Origin: an uncultured virus (IMG/VR IMGVR_UViG_3300048919_000076) | Lineage: Duplodnaviria; Heunggongvirae; Uroviricota; Caudoviricetes | DNA: 64,000 bases | IMG/VR virus record: IMGVR_UViG_3300048919_000076 | Strand: one strand, 5' to 3' | Shown: positions 9,379 to 18,936 of the stretch, one piece after another | How positions within the stretch are numbered: position 1 is the stretch's first letter | Layout of the letters: every line of letters begins with the position of its first letter | Notes under the pieces: model-generated | What the model was told of the DNA's origin: nothing | The model's database searches: none | The model's input: only the letters and a program-made list of their open reading frames with translations | Program-made: the position numbers and the translations under genes

Positions 9379-9858
9379 TTGAGTAATGCACGGGTAACAC
9401 GGTTTAATGTAATTTGCGGCAACCCCGTAAACATGGGTACTGATCTAGAATATTGGCGTCAAGTGAAAGAACAGGCTGCTCGTATTCTTGAAGAAGCAAT
9501 TGAGATGAATACAGCAGCACAGGAAGAGGACTATCAAGGTGTAATTGATGGTTGGGGAGATGTAAAATACACCAACGAATACATGGATGATATCCTGAAA
9601 GGTGCTGGTGTAGATACTAAGAAAGTATTTGATACGATTGCAAGTAACAATGATCAGAAGTTTACAACTAGCTACACATATGCTTGTGATAGTAAAGAAG
9701 CTTTGGAACAACTTGACGTTGATTGTTATTTGGATAGCACAACTTACGAAGGGACGCTTTACTATGTTATTCGTCGAGTCCATGATAATAAGATTCTTAA
9801 GCTGAAGCATCATGAGTCGCCGGATTTGAGTAGCTTTATTCCAAAGGAGTTGCTATGA
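9379..9858 (+). CDS. MazG-like NTP pyrophosphohydrolase
   Basis: ILEEAIE...DGWGD...NNDQK...KILK...PDL. Confidence 0.7.
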   Translation: MSNARVTRFNVICGNPVNMGTDLEYWRQVKEQAARILEEAIEMNTAAQEEDYQGVIDGWGDVKYTNEYMDDILKGAGVDTKKVFDTIASNNDQKFTTSYTYACDSKEALEQLDVDCYLDSTTYEGTLYYVIRRVHDNKILKLKHHESPDLSSFIPKELL

Positions 9859-10026
9859 TTCACGCAAGCACACAACAAGCTAGACCAAAAGCTAATTGGA
9901 AAGATTATGTCTTCAATAAAGAAGACTATAGTAAAGTAGTAAGCTCTGGCATGGCTTGGGTAGTATTTCCAGACTGGCCTACACCACAAGAGTTTAGTGA
10001 ATATTTGAAGGAGAAGGGAGAGAAAG

Positions 10027-10686
10027 ATGTTTGATTTCATTAAATGTAAAGTTATCGGTGTAACGCAACCTGTGGTAGACTTCATCCCAGATAGCGAAGG
10101 CATCATTTCCTACGCAGCACGAGTCAGCGCACCACAGAATCAAAGTAACTTCGACACAGCAGCAAAGCTTCTTAAGTATTGCGTAGATCATCAACACTAT
10201 TCAGTATTTGAAACTTGTAATATCACAATGGAAATTGAAGCTCCACGGGACATTGCAAGGCAGATTCTTCGTCACCGTAGTTTCAGCTTTCAAGAGTTCA
10301 GTCAAAGGTACGCAGAATCCACAGACTTCATTACTCGTGAATGTCGTTTGCAAGACGAGAAGAATCGTCAGAATAGTATTCAAACAGATGACCTAATGCT
10401 TCAGGATTATTGGCAGATTGCACAAGAAGAAGTATTGGAGCTTGTAAAGTTTCATTATGAAAAAGCTTTAATGCTAGGTATTGCTAAAGAAGTTTCACGT
10501 TGCCTATTGCCAGAAGGTCTTACAATGAGTAAGATGTATATGAATGGTACAGTACGTAGTTGGTTGCATTACATTCAGCTACGCGAGGAGAACGGCACGC
10601 AGCTTGAACACACTGATGTTGCTAAGAAGGCTAAAGTAGAAGTATTGAAGTATTTTCCATTCCTTGAGAATGTATTGGAGAAATAA
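10027..10686 (+). CDS. thyX: Flavin-dependent thymidylate synthase
   Basis: H.SVFE, QILRHRSFSFQEFSQRY, KEVSR.LLP, TQLEH. Confidence 0.97.
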   Translation: MFDFIKCKVIGVTQPVVDFIPDSEGIISYAARVSAPQNQSNFDTAAKLLKYCVDHQHYSVFETCNITMEIEAPRDIARQILRHRSFSFQEFSQRYAESTDFITRECRLQDEKNRQNSIQTDDLMLQDYWQIAQEEVLELVKFHYEKALMLGIAKEVSRCLLPEGLTMSKMYMNGTVRSWLHYIQLREENGTQLEHTDVAKKAKVEVLKYFPFLENVLEK

Positions 10687-10687
10687 A

Positions 10688-10888
10688 ATGAGTTTTAACA
10701 ATTCAGAAGAAAATCCTATCGAATTCTATCTTCTTGAAGTAGCATCATTGATTGCAGTGAGGGAAGGTAAAGAGAAACGTGTGGCGAACTTGATTATTCT
10801 TGAAACTCTTTCTGAATGGATATTCATGTATGAAAGTGGTTTGAACCCAAAAACAGCGTATGGTAAATTTCGGAGTAGTAGTGTATGA
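10688..10888 (+). CDS. Hypothetical protein
   Basis: GGAG RBS. Confidence 0.6.
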   Translation: MSFNNSEENPIEFYLLEVASLIAVREGKEKRVANLIILETLSEWIFMYESGLNPKTAYGKFRSSSV

Positions 10889-11247
10889 GCGTAGGTTTTA
10901 ATTTGAGTTTGTCAGACCTCCTTCTTTGTGAAGGTTTCGCTCAAGCATTTGGTGAGGATAACAAACCAGCAATTAATAAGTTTCTTTTTGATAACGGTTT
11001 AGACGTTTCGATGGGGATAGATGAAGTAGTTTGTAAGCATCGCAATCTTCGTGGGAATGTTGTAGACTGTTTGATGTATCAGGGGCATGAACGCTCTGAT
11101 GAATGGTTGAAGTCTGGTGCTGCATCTTGGGATGCAATTGTTGAAGATTGTAGTTTGGATCTTCGGATTGATCTTAAGACAATGGGCAAGCAGAGTAATA
11201 ATACTGGTATGATCCTTGATTCACTGGAACGCCACGCAAGTAAATAA
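10885..11247 (+). CDS. Hypothetical protein
   Basis: ATGA overlap. Confidence 0.75.
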   Translation: MSVGFNLSLSDLLLCEGFAQAFGEDNKPAINKFLFDNGLDVSMGIDEVVCKHRNLRGNVVDCLMYQGHERSDEWLKSGAASWDAIVEDCSLDLRIDLKTMGKQSNNTGMILDSLERHASK

Positions 11248-11256
11248 GGAGAAGTA

Positions 11257-12240
11257 ATGCTAACGCGAATTCAAACGCCTAAGACAGAGTTTACCGTTGA
11301 CTATCCAGAGGCTTGTGAATTTACTAATCAACAGGCAGCTGTCTTCTGGCCTCACTTTGAAGTAAAGGTGCATAAAGATAAACAAGATATTCTAGTAAAC
11401 ATGACGCCTGCTGAACGTCACGGTACGATTACAACACTTAAGTTGTTTACTAAGTATGAACAGATTATTGGTGATGAATTCTGGCTTGGATTTGTGTACA
11501 AGAAGTTCCCCCGTCCTGCTGATATCCAACCAATGGCTGCTTTGTTTGGTGCAATGGAGACAGCAGTTCATGGGAAGTTTTACAGTACGTTGAATGAAGA
11601 ACTTGGACTAGCAACAGATGAATTCTATAATGAGTACTTGCAAGATGAAGATCTTAAAGCTCGTGTGGAATTCCTAGAAAGCAGTATTGCCGATAAAGAT
11701 GATCTTCGGGCTCTCGGTTGTTTTACATTCGGAGAGGGTGCAATCCTATATTCTAGTTTTGCTTTCTTGAAGCATTTCCAGAGTCAAGGTAAAAACAAGT
11801 TGTTGAATGTGGTGAGTGGTATCAACTTCTCTGCGCGGGATGAAAATCTACACGCTGAAGCAGCGGCTTGGTTGTACCGTACACTACTAAAAGAAAAGAA
11901 AGATGCTGGGTATATCGATGCAGCTTACGAAGATGAGTTGAAGAAAGATGTCTACCTTGCTGCTGAAACAGTAATGGAACATGAAAAATCAATTATCAAG
12001 AAGATCTTTGAGAAAGGTCGGATTGATGGTATTACAGATGTACAACTTGAGTACTTTGCACAGAGTCGGATTAACCTCTGTCTTCGCAACCTCGGTTATG
12101 AAAATCTATTTAAAATTGAGTATAATCCTGTTGCTGAATGGTTCTATAAAGGCATTAACGGTTTCAGCTCTATCGACTTCTTCAACAGCCAAGGTAATCA
12201 ATACCAGCGAGACTGGGATTCTGAAGGTTTTAAATTTTAA
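11257..12240 (+). CDS. nrdB: Class I ribonucleotide reductase beta subunit
   Basis: ExxH..Y, EG..LYSSFA and RDENLH metal ligands. Confidence 0.95.
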   Translation: MLTRIQTPKTEFTVDYPEACEFTNQQAAVFWPHFEVKVHKDKQDILVNMTPAERHGTITTLKLFTKYEQIIGDEFWLGFVYKKFPRPADIQPMAALFGAMETAVHGKFYSTLNEELGLATDEFYNEYLQDEDLKARVEFLESSIADKDDLRALGCFTFGEGAILYSSFAFLKHFQSQGKNKLLNVVSGINFSARDENLHAEAAAWLYRTLLKEKKDAGYIDAAYEDELKKDVYLAAETVMEHEKSIIKKIFEKGRIDGITDVQLEYFAQSRINLCLRNLGYENLFKIEYNPVAEWFYKGINGFSSIDFFNSQGNQYQRDWDSEGFKF

Positions 12241-12250
12241 GGGGAATTAA

Positions 12251-13939
12251 GTGACAAATAGTTATCGTGTATTGAGTGAAGAACGTAAGAAGCTACAAGA
12301 AGATGGTTTGATGCCTGCCCATTGGTCTACCGGCTCTTGGCAATTATTCAAGAGTAAATACCTTTACCAAGCGTCAAACCCGAAAGAACAGTATCAGCGA
12401 ATTGCAGCAACATTGGCTACACACACGCCTGATCCGTCTGAGTGGAAAGAGAAGTTCTTTGATATTATGTGGAAAGGTTGGTTGAGTCCTAGTACCCCAA
12501 TCTTAGCTAATACAGGAACAAATCGTGGTTTGCCAGTAAGTTGTGCTGGTAGTTATATTCCTGATAGTATCGATGGTATCTACAAAGCAAAACATGAAAC
12601 TGCAATGCTAACTAAAATGGGTTTTGGTACGGCAGGTTATCTTGGAGATGTCCGTGCTCGTGGAGAATCGATCAGCGTAGGTGGTACTTCTACCGGGGTT
12701 ATGCAGGTCATTGAGGGGTTTCAACGTGACATGGAGTACGTTGCTCAGGGTACGGCTCGACGTGGTTCTTGGGCAGGTTATTTGCCTATCGATCATGGTG
12801 ATTTTGATGAAGTTTGTACTTATCTAGAGCAACACCCTGACGGTAATAATATCGGCTGGAATGTTTCTGATGATTTTATTGAGAAGTTGAAAACTGGTGA
12901 TAAGGAAGCAGTACGGCGTTACGGTAAAGCTCTGAAAACTAAGATGGTGACAGGTAAGGGGTACTTCTTCTTCCCTCAAAAGACTGAACGTAAGCGTCCG
13001 CAATGGTATGTAGATCAGGGCTTGGATGTTAAGGCTCCACAGCTCTGTAATGAAGTAATGCTGCATTCAAGTAAAGATTTTACATATACATGCGTCCTTG
13101 CATCAATGAACGTAGAGCTTTTTGATGAGTGGCATGGTACAGACGCTGTAAACACTGCAATTGTTTTCCTTGATGCCGTATGTCAAGAGTTTATTGAACG
13201 AGCTAAGAATATTCCCGGTCTTGAGAAAGCCGTAGCATTTACGAAGAACAGTCGGGCGCTTGGGCTTGGACAATGTGGTCTGGGATCTTACTTCCAAAAG
13301 AAGATGGTTCCATTTGAAAGCTTTGATGCACATATGCTGAACAACAAGATTGCAAAGTACATTCAAGATGAAGCAATTAAAGCTTCTGAATGGCTTGCAA
13401 GTGTTTGGGGCGAGCCAAAGTGGATGAAGGGTTATGGTCGTGCAAATACACACTTGATTGCAATCGCACCAACTAAGTCAACAGCACTTATAATGGGTGG
13501 TGTTAGTGAAGGCATTAGCCCCGATACTGCGATGGTTTACACACAGAAGAGTGCTGGTGGTGAAGTTGACCGAGTTAACCCTTACTTACTGAAGTTGATG
13601 AAAGAGAAGGTTGTTTTCAACAAAGCTAACGTTGAAGATGTTCGTGACAAGATGGGTAGTGTGCAGCATGTAACTTGGTTGACTGAAGATGAGAAGCTGG
13701 TGTTCCGTACAGCTTTTGAAATCAATCAACACACAATTATCCGTCTAGCTGCTGCCCGTGGTAAGTTTATGGATCAATGGCAATCGCTTAACTTGTTCTT
13801 TGCTGCTGGTGAAGATGAGAGTTACATTAACGAAGTACATAAAGAGGCTTTCTTGAACCCTGACATTCTTGGTTTGTATTACGTATACAGCATGGCTGGT
13901 GTTCAAGCAAGCAAGGATGAATGTTTGGCTTGTCAATGA
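12251..13939 (+). CDS. nrdA: Class I ribonucleotide reductase alpha subunit (no ATP cone)
   Basis: SPSTP..N, SC, LCNE, RALGLG, IAPT, QSLN, LYY, C-terminal CxxC. Confidence 0.95.
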   Translation: MTNSYRVLSEERKKLQEDGLMPAHWSTGSWQLFKSKYLYQASNPKEQYQRIAATLATHTPDPSEWKEKFFDIMWKGWLSPSTPILANTGTNRGLPVSCAGSYIPDSIDGIYKAKHETAMLTKMGFGTAGYLGDVRARGESISVGGTSTGVMQVIEGFQRDMEYVAQGTARRGSWAGYLPIDHGDFDEVCTYLEQHPDGNNIGWNVSDDFIEKLKTGDKEAVRRYGKALKTKMVTGKGYFFFPQKTERKRPQWYVDQGLDVKAPQLCNEVMLHSSKDFTYTCVLASMNVELFDEWHGTDAVNTAIVFLDAVCQEFIERAKNIPGLEKAVAFTKNSRALGLGQCGLGSYFQKKMVPFESFDAHMLNNKIAKYIQDEAIKASEWLASVWGEPKWMKGYGRANTHLIAIAPTKSTALIMGGVSEGISPDTAMVYTQKSAGGEVDRVNPYLLKLMKEKVVFNKANVEDVRDKMGSVQHVTWLTEDEKLVFRTAFEINQHTIIRLAAARGKFMDQWQSLNLFFAAGEDESYINEVHKEAFLNPDILGLYYVYSMAGVQASKDECLACQ

Positions 13940-13948
13940 AGAAAACAT

Positions 13949-13976
13949 TTGACACAGTAATCTAATCTGCTACACT
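13949..13976 (+). promoter_or_regulatory. Sigma70-like promoter
   Basis: TTGACA-16 nt-TACACT with TG extension. Confidence 0.5.
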
Positions 13977-14009
13977 GACCCTATGAGCAGAAATGCCGTA
14001 GGGTCTTTT
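13977..14009 (+). terminator. Rho-independent terminator
   Basis: GACCCTATG/CGTAGGGTC stem followed by TTTT. Confidence 0.65.
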
Positions 14010-14028
14010 ACTAACTGGAGGAATAGTC

Positions 14029-14217
14029 ATGAAAGGTTATGAAGATGTAGCAGCGGGACTTGTGTTGTTGGTAGTTGTGCTCATAGGTGGCTATTACTAT
14101 TTACAATCTGAGGCATACCACCAGAAACAAAGCTTGCATCAACTGGATGTTAAAACTCAGAAGAAAGTAGACTACAACTGGTCTAAGTTTGAAGTTGCTT
14201 CTAAACGAACAGATTGA
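14029..14217 (+). CDS. Small membrane protein
   Basis: GGAGG RBS, N-terminal TM segment. Confidence 0.7.
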   Translation: MKGYEDVAAGLVLLVVVLIGGYYYLQSEAYHQKQSLHQLDVKTQKKVDYNWSKFEVASKRTD

Positions 14218-14230
14218 CTAAATAATAGGC

Positions 14231-14270
14231 AAAAGAAAGCCCCTCGTCCGTTGCTGGATAGAGGGGCTTT
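14231..14270 (-). terminator. Terminator at the convergence of the two operons (possibly bidirectional)
   Basis: AAAGCCCCTC/GAGGGGCTTT stem with T-runs on both strands. Confidence 0.75.
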
Positions 14271-14323
14271 AACACATCTGAGATAAGCTGTTGGCTCAGC
14301 TTAGTGCCTAGTGGCTTCTTATT

Positions 14324-14665
14324 TTAATTATTCGTATTGTTATTTATATTCGTTTGAATCACTTTACTATTCTGCCGCTTATCAGCCTCATACCACTTGA
14401 TACGTTCTTCGATAATCCTTAGTCTTGAGTCAGTACCATTCTGATATGAATCTTGTTGCTCCGCTTGCCTATTCTGACGTGTCTCTAAATACTGGACATT
14501 GTTAGACATCACTTTCATTTGTTCTTGTTTATACAAATCAAACTTAGCTAGTATGTTATCTGATTTTATTGTATTAGTGTTATTGCTCAGCAATATTGAA
14601 ATAATGATGATTGCTAAAAGTAGGAATACTAAATTTACACTCCTCTCCACAACTGTCCAGAACAT
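14324..14665 (-). CDS. Membrane-anchored coiled-coil protein
   Basis: N-terminal TM segment, end of the lysis operon. Confidence 0.7.
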   Translation of the reverse strand: MFWTVVERSVNLVFLLLAIIIISILLSNNTNTIKSDNILAKFDLYKQEQMKVMSNNVQYLETRQNRQAEQQDSYQNGTDSRLRIIEERIKWYEADKRQNSKVIQTNINNNTNN

Positions 14666-14678
14666 TTAAACATCCTTG

Positions 14679-14948
14679 TCATTTTGAAGACTTCTGAAAG
14701 TATAGGTCAAGCCGACTGAGAATGTCAGATTTCATGGCTGAGATGTTGGTGTTGATACGGTCCTCAACTTCACGTAAATCTCCTTTATCAACCTTACTTG
14801 TCTGTAGGACAATCACTGTTGACTCAAGCTTCTCAACTTTCTTAGATTGCTCTTGGAAAGAATAGACAGTCAGTGCTAGAACAATACCTAAGAGAAAGAG
14901 AGCTGCTCGCTCCCAGTATCCTTGTGGTCTTCCTTCATTTGGTTCCAT
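14679..14948 (-). CDS. Membrane-anchored coiled-coil protein
   Basis: GGAG RBS before MEPNEG; one TM segment. Confidence 0.7.
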   Translation of the reverse strand: MEPNEGRPQGYWERAALFLLGIVLALTVYSFQEQSKKVEKLESTVIVLQTSKVDKGDLREVEDRINTNISAMKSDILSRLDLYFQKSSK

Positions 14949-15201
14949 ACAACTTCTCCTGTTCAAGCTTCCACTTACGCTGCTTTTCTAGAAGAAGTTT
15001 ATAATCAAACACACAGCCTGTGTTATTCACATAGCCTTTAGCCAATGAACGTACAGTATCACCAGCTTTAATTGCACCACATGGATCTTGCATAAGATTA
15101 TTTGGTAGGAACACAGGTGTCTCCTTCGTCTGGTAAACAACTCTCGGAGAGCATCCTGACAAGATCAGAAGGCAAAGCAGAGTCAATATCAATTTCTGCA
15201 T
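14935..15201 (-). CDS. o-spanin (Rz1-like lipoprotein)
   Basis: Lipobox LILSGC; overlaps the i-spanin gene. Confidence 0.8.
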   Translation of the reverse strand: MQKLILTLLCLLILSGCSPRVVYQTKETPVFLPNNLMQDPCGAIKAGDTVRSLAKGYVNNTGCVFDYKLLLEKQRKWKLEQEKLYGTK

Positions 15202-15514
15202 CTGGGGCTACCTTTGGTACATCCTGAATGGAAACTTTCTTAGGGAGGCTGTCAATCTTAGAAATAGTGGCTTGAGCCTTATCTTGCTGAACTTGTTTCT
15301 CAGATTGATATTCAGATGTGATGGTGTCACTTATTTTACAAGACTCAACCTGCAAGTTAAGGGACTTTTGTAATGATGTATTCGCATCAATAGCTACCAC
15401 TAGTGCTGATTCAGCTTCAGCCTGTGTTCCATAGAAATGATAACTTAATGCACCAAACAATCCAGATAAGGCCATAAAGAATACTAGGATGTAAGATGTA
15501 ATAGAATTACTCAT
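15098..15514 (-). CDS. i-spanin (Rz-like)
   Basis: N-terminal TM plus coiled coil, downstream of endolysin/holin. Confidence 0.75.
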   Translation of the reverse strand: MSNSITSYILVFFMALSGLFGALSYHFYGTQAEAESALVVAIDANTSLQKSLNLQVESCKISDTITSEYQSEKQVQQDKAQATISKIDSLPKKVSIQDVPKVAPDAEIDIDSALPSDLVRMLSESCLPDEGDTCVPTK

Positions 15515-15734
15515 CTTCTGGATGCTCCTCTTCATATTGCTTGATAAACTTACCTACAGAGCCCATCACCGCAATAGATCCCATTGCAACCACAATCCAT
15601 ACAGGGCTAATAGTTGCTAGTCCAATACCTAATGCAAGACTAGCACCATACGCAATTGAGACAAGAACATTAGCAAAGAGAGAAAGGGCCGAGTAACTTT
15701 TTAGGTGTTGCTTCCAGTTATTTATTACTTTCAT
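15507..15734 (-). CDS. Putative holin
   Basis: 75 aa, two TM segments, charged C-terminus, adjacent to the endolysin. Confidence 0.65.
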   Translation of the reverse strand: MKVINNWKQHLKSYSALSLFANVLVSIAYGASLALGIGLATISPVWIVVAMGSIAVMGSVGKFIKQYEEEHPEDE

Positions 15735-16272
15735 TAGCTAAGTCCTTTACTTCTTGTGGTACGTCACCTAGACACCACTTATATTCTTTAGTGGCTCTGA
15801 CAACCAAACCATTCATTTTAACTTTAATACCCTCATGATTCTTACCATAAACAAATCTAGTAAGTTGTTCACAAACTAGCTCGTGTTTTCCAGCATTGAA
15901 GTACGAAAGCATTGTACTTGATTGGAGAGTACCGATACCTTTATTGTAAGTAAAATCAAGCATCGCTCCGTATTCCCAATCAGATTTGAATGGACCTTTT
16001 GTAACTGAACGGAGTTGTTTATCATGCTTGATCAAGTCTTTTGCAAAGATATCTACACATTGATCATAAGTGAAAGTTTGCCCTAACTTCACTTCCGGTC
16101 CTGTATGGCCAAGACAATTTGTCGGGACTCTTCCAGTATCTAAATAAGTGTGAAGAATAGGTTGACCATTAGGAGCTTCGGAGGGCGCTGTTAAGAACGC
16201 CCCAGTCAAAGCCAAGGAGCCAGCAAGACCAACCCCAAGAAGTTTTTTATACAAATTAGAGTTGGCTGACAT
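15718..16272 (-). CDS. SAR endolysin (GH24 lysozyme)
   Basis: Gly/Ala-rich N-terminal hydrophobic segment; E...YLD...PT.CLGHT; FTYNKG; GLVVR. Confidence 0.88.
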   Translation of the reverse strand: MSANSNLYKKLLGVGLAGSLALTGAFLTAPSEAPNGQPILHTYLDTGRVPTNCLGHTGPEVKLGQTFTYDQCVDIFAKDLIKHDKQLRSVTKGPFKSDWEYGAMLDFTYNKGIGTLQSSTMLSYFNAGKHELVCEQLTRFVYGKNHEGIKVKMNGLVVRATKEYKWCLGDVPQEVKDLANESNK

Positions 16273-16280
16273 CTATTAGA

Positions 16281-16850
16281 TTACCAAATAATTGCGTTAA
16301 TTTGAGCTACAGTAGTAGCAGCATCTACAGCAGCTAGTTTAGAAACAAGAAGAACTTGGTTTTCTTTGATATGTTCATTCATATCCCCCATCACACCTAC
16401 TAACTCTTCTGCTGTATGGTCTTTCCAAGTGTAACGTGTGCCATCAGAAGCCCATAGAGGCTCTGATCCCCCTGTATGATTTGCAACAGCATAGCGGATA
16501 GTGATATTGATTTGGTCAACTGTACGGCAGTCATAGTTATGAACAGTACCTAATGCAGAAGATGTAAAGGAAGTTCTTTCAATCTCATCATCACAGTTTT
16601 GTCTAAGCTCTACTATTTTACTAACAACTGCCTGAGCCAGAGTTGGTCCAGTTTGTGGAGGGGAGAAAGTAGTTCCGTCATATGTCCATCTCTGCTGTGG
16701 TTGAGGATCCAGGTCGGTGATATCCACCATCATGGCAACCATGTTGGGCGTATATCTATCCTCGATTGGGACGTCGACGCCATCCGGATTCACATACGGC
16801 GGGATAACCTCAGAAACAGCTCCATCCTCAATTAGCGCGTAAGTTTTCAT
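16281..16850 (-). CDS. Tail fibre assembly/chaperone protein (DUF4376-like C-terminus)
   Basis: WTYDG.TFSPP, FTSSALG..H.YD, terminal W; follows the tail fibre gene. Confidence 0.7.
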   Translation of the reverse strand: MKTYALIEDGAVSEVIPPYVNPDGVDVPIEDRYTPNMVAMMVDITDLDPQPQQRWTYDGTTFSPPQTGPTLAQAVVSKIVELRQNCDDEIERTSFTSSALGTVHNYDCRTVDQINITIRYAVANHTGGSEPLWASDGTRYTWKDHTAEELVGVMGDMNEHIKENQVLLVSKLAAVDAATTVAQINAIIW

Positions 16851-18149
16851 TTATGCATACTCCCAAATAATTACGATACCTGGAGCGCCATTACCACCTA
16901 TACGCGAGCTGCCTGCGCTTGGAATATTAGAGGTTGCTCCGCCGCCGGAACCAAAAGACGTAGAAGCTGTGCCGTTGGTTCCGGCGGCGGTATATTGAGC
17001 GCCGGGCCCGAATATCGTACCGCCCGGCAGAGCGCCAACAATAAGCCCTGCTGCCTGCGAAATCATGTTAATGCTAGCGCTTCCAACATTTGAGGTTATA
17101 TTTCCGCCCGTAGGGGCTGGGCTATTTAGTGAGAACGTATCAAATTGGCCGCCTGACGGCCCTGCGATTGGGCCGCCTCGTCCGCCAGGGCAACTGATAC
17201 CAGCGCCAAACGACGACGTCCCTCCGTTACCGCCCGCCGAAGCCGTTACCCCAGCGCCACCAGCCCCGACTACAACAGTTGCACCTGAAAACCCAGAAGA
17301 CAGAAGGCTCTTGGCGTATGAGCCTGCGCCACCAGGCGCACCGATTGCATTCTGCCCTGCGCCTGTTGCTACTGCACCACCGCCCGCGCCGCCTGCAGCC
17401 TGAACTTCTACGATTACTCTCGCGGTGCCTGGTGTTGGCGTATAAGTGAAGGTGCCGGGAGTACTGAAAATCTGAGGCGCACCAAGCAGCCTACCTCCAG
17501 ACGTATTCACACCAGTACTAGCAATCAATACCCACGAACCCCCACCAATAGATGAGTTCCACTGAAGCCACACATCGCCATTTACAGAGATAACTCCCAT
17601 TGTTAGGGCTGTATGACCAGTACCAACAATGGGGGCTGCTGTAATAACACCATTATTTGGTGTAAAGGTAGATGCGCCGGTGTTGGCATTGAGTGCCTTA
17701 AACCTCAACACCATACCATCAACAAGTGTTTTTACTACAGGAACATAGTCAGCTTTATAGGTGTTTGCTGTGCCCGTATCCAATGCATAAATAGGGCTGC
17801 CAGACTGGTTTCTGAAGGCTTGGCGCCAGTATGAATTAGTGGTATCTGTGGTTGGGTTTTGGTTGGTGCTGCTTTGCACAGCTTCGTAAATAAGACCATC
17901 ACTACCTTGTACAAACGCTTTAGGGGCAGATGCAGTGAAGTAGTAATCTTGTGTACTAGACCAAACACTAATACCCTTTTGGAAGATATGAACAAGAGCA
18001 TTATCTTGACGATTCTGTGACCAGTTCTCCCACTGAAATGGTGGAACTTCAGCAGTCCAACCAGTTTGAATCTTAGCGTTGCTAGGAGCTACAATAGCCC
18101 CACCACTTGACCATTGGTAGGTAAAGTCTGGACGTGAAATCTCTGTCAT
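16851..18149 (-). CDS. Tail fibre protein
   Basis: N-terminal GW.AEVPP.QWENW baseplate anchor and Gly-rich C-terminal domain. Confidence 0.85.
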   Translation of the reverse strand: MTEISRPDFTYQWSSGGAIVAPSNAKIQTGWTAEVPPFQWENWSQNRQDNALVHIFQKGISVWSSTQDYYFTASAPKAFVQGSDGLIYEAVQSSTNQNPTTDTTNSYWRQAFRNQSGSPIYALDTGTANTYKADYVPVVKTLVDGMVLRFKALNANTGASTFTPNNGVITAAPIVGTGHTALTMGVISVNGDVWLQWNSSIGGGSWVLIASTGVNTSGGRLLGAPQIFSTPGTFTYTPTPGTARVIVEVQAAGGAGGGAVATGAGQNAIGAPGGAGSYAKSLLSSGFSGATVVVGAGGAGVTASAGGNGGTSSFGAGISCPGGRGGPIAGPSGGQFDTFSLNSPAPTGGNITSNVGSASINMISQAAGLIVGALPGGTIFGPGAQYTAAGTNGTASTSFGSGGGATSNIPSAGSSRIGGNGAPGIVIIWEYA

Positions 18150-18165
18150 TTAATAATTTCCTTTG

Positions 18166-18927
18166 TTAGATGAGCTGAGCATATTGCCCACCCAATGATA
18201 AATCGCTCAAGTCTCCATACCCTTTGGCATTAGGAAAGCCTTGAAATCCAAAAACGTTATCAGCAATAAATTCCCCAAAGTTCACTCTTACACCAATTGG
18301 TTTTGGAATGAATCTTGAAGGGTAACCAGAAGAATATGAGGTGTAGTTGAGCAATACTTTTTCAAAAGATGTAAGCTCTCTGCCCATCATCAAAGTAAAT
18401 TCAGCATTACCTTCAGCAACAATCAAGTTGATATCAATACCGAAGACAAACTGCATAAATTCAATAAATTGATTTGGTGTTGCATTTGTATTATTCTTAA
18501 TAATCTTAGCTTTAATAAACAAACGATACTGTTCGTCTGTCAGTAGTGTGTTACCAGCTAGTGGATTATTGATATCGTAATACGGGCCACCTAAAGATGG
18601 ATTGTTCAAGTCGCCATATGACTGAGCATCTGGATAACCAACAAAAGCAAAGAAGGTAAGAAGTGCTGTGTCAATAAGTTCTCTAGGTTGACCAACAATA
18701 TCTCCAATGATGTCTAGTTGAGCACCGACAGCAGTGTCAAGAGAACGTTCTTGCATAAGTTGACGGAAGACTTCTTGAAGCTCAATCTTTCCGCCAAGGA
18801 GGAGTTGGAGGTACTTATCGAACACGATTGGCCCAGAACCGTCAGCATCTAGCATAAATTGCTGAGTTACACGAGAACGAGCAACAGAGAGGTATTCTTC
18901 TATGAAAAATTGATTTAGCTCAGACAT
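18166..18927 (-). CDS. Baseplate protein (DUF2612-like)
   Basis: LDTAVGAQLDIIGDIVG; LTDEQYR..IKAKI. Confidence 0.85.
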   Translation of the reverse strand: MSELNQFFIEEYLSVARSRVTQQFMLDADGSGPIVFDKYLQLLLGGKIELQEVFRQLMQERSLDTAVGAQLDIIGDIVGQPRELIDTALLTFFAFVGYPDAQSYGDLNNPSLGGPYYDINNPLAGNTLLTDEQYRLFIKAKIIKNNTNATPNQFIEFMQFVFGIDINLIVAEGNAEFTLMMGRELTSFEKVLLNYTSYSSGYPSRFIPKPIGVRVNFGEFIADNVFGFQGFPNAKGYGDLSDLSLGGQYAQLI

Positions 18928-18936
18928 AGAAGCCCC

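Noticed and set aside
11257..13939. Introns or inteins in nrdA/nrdB
   Set aside because: Both frames are continuous and compact, with no intein or intron signatures.
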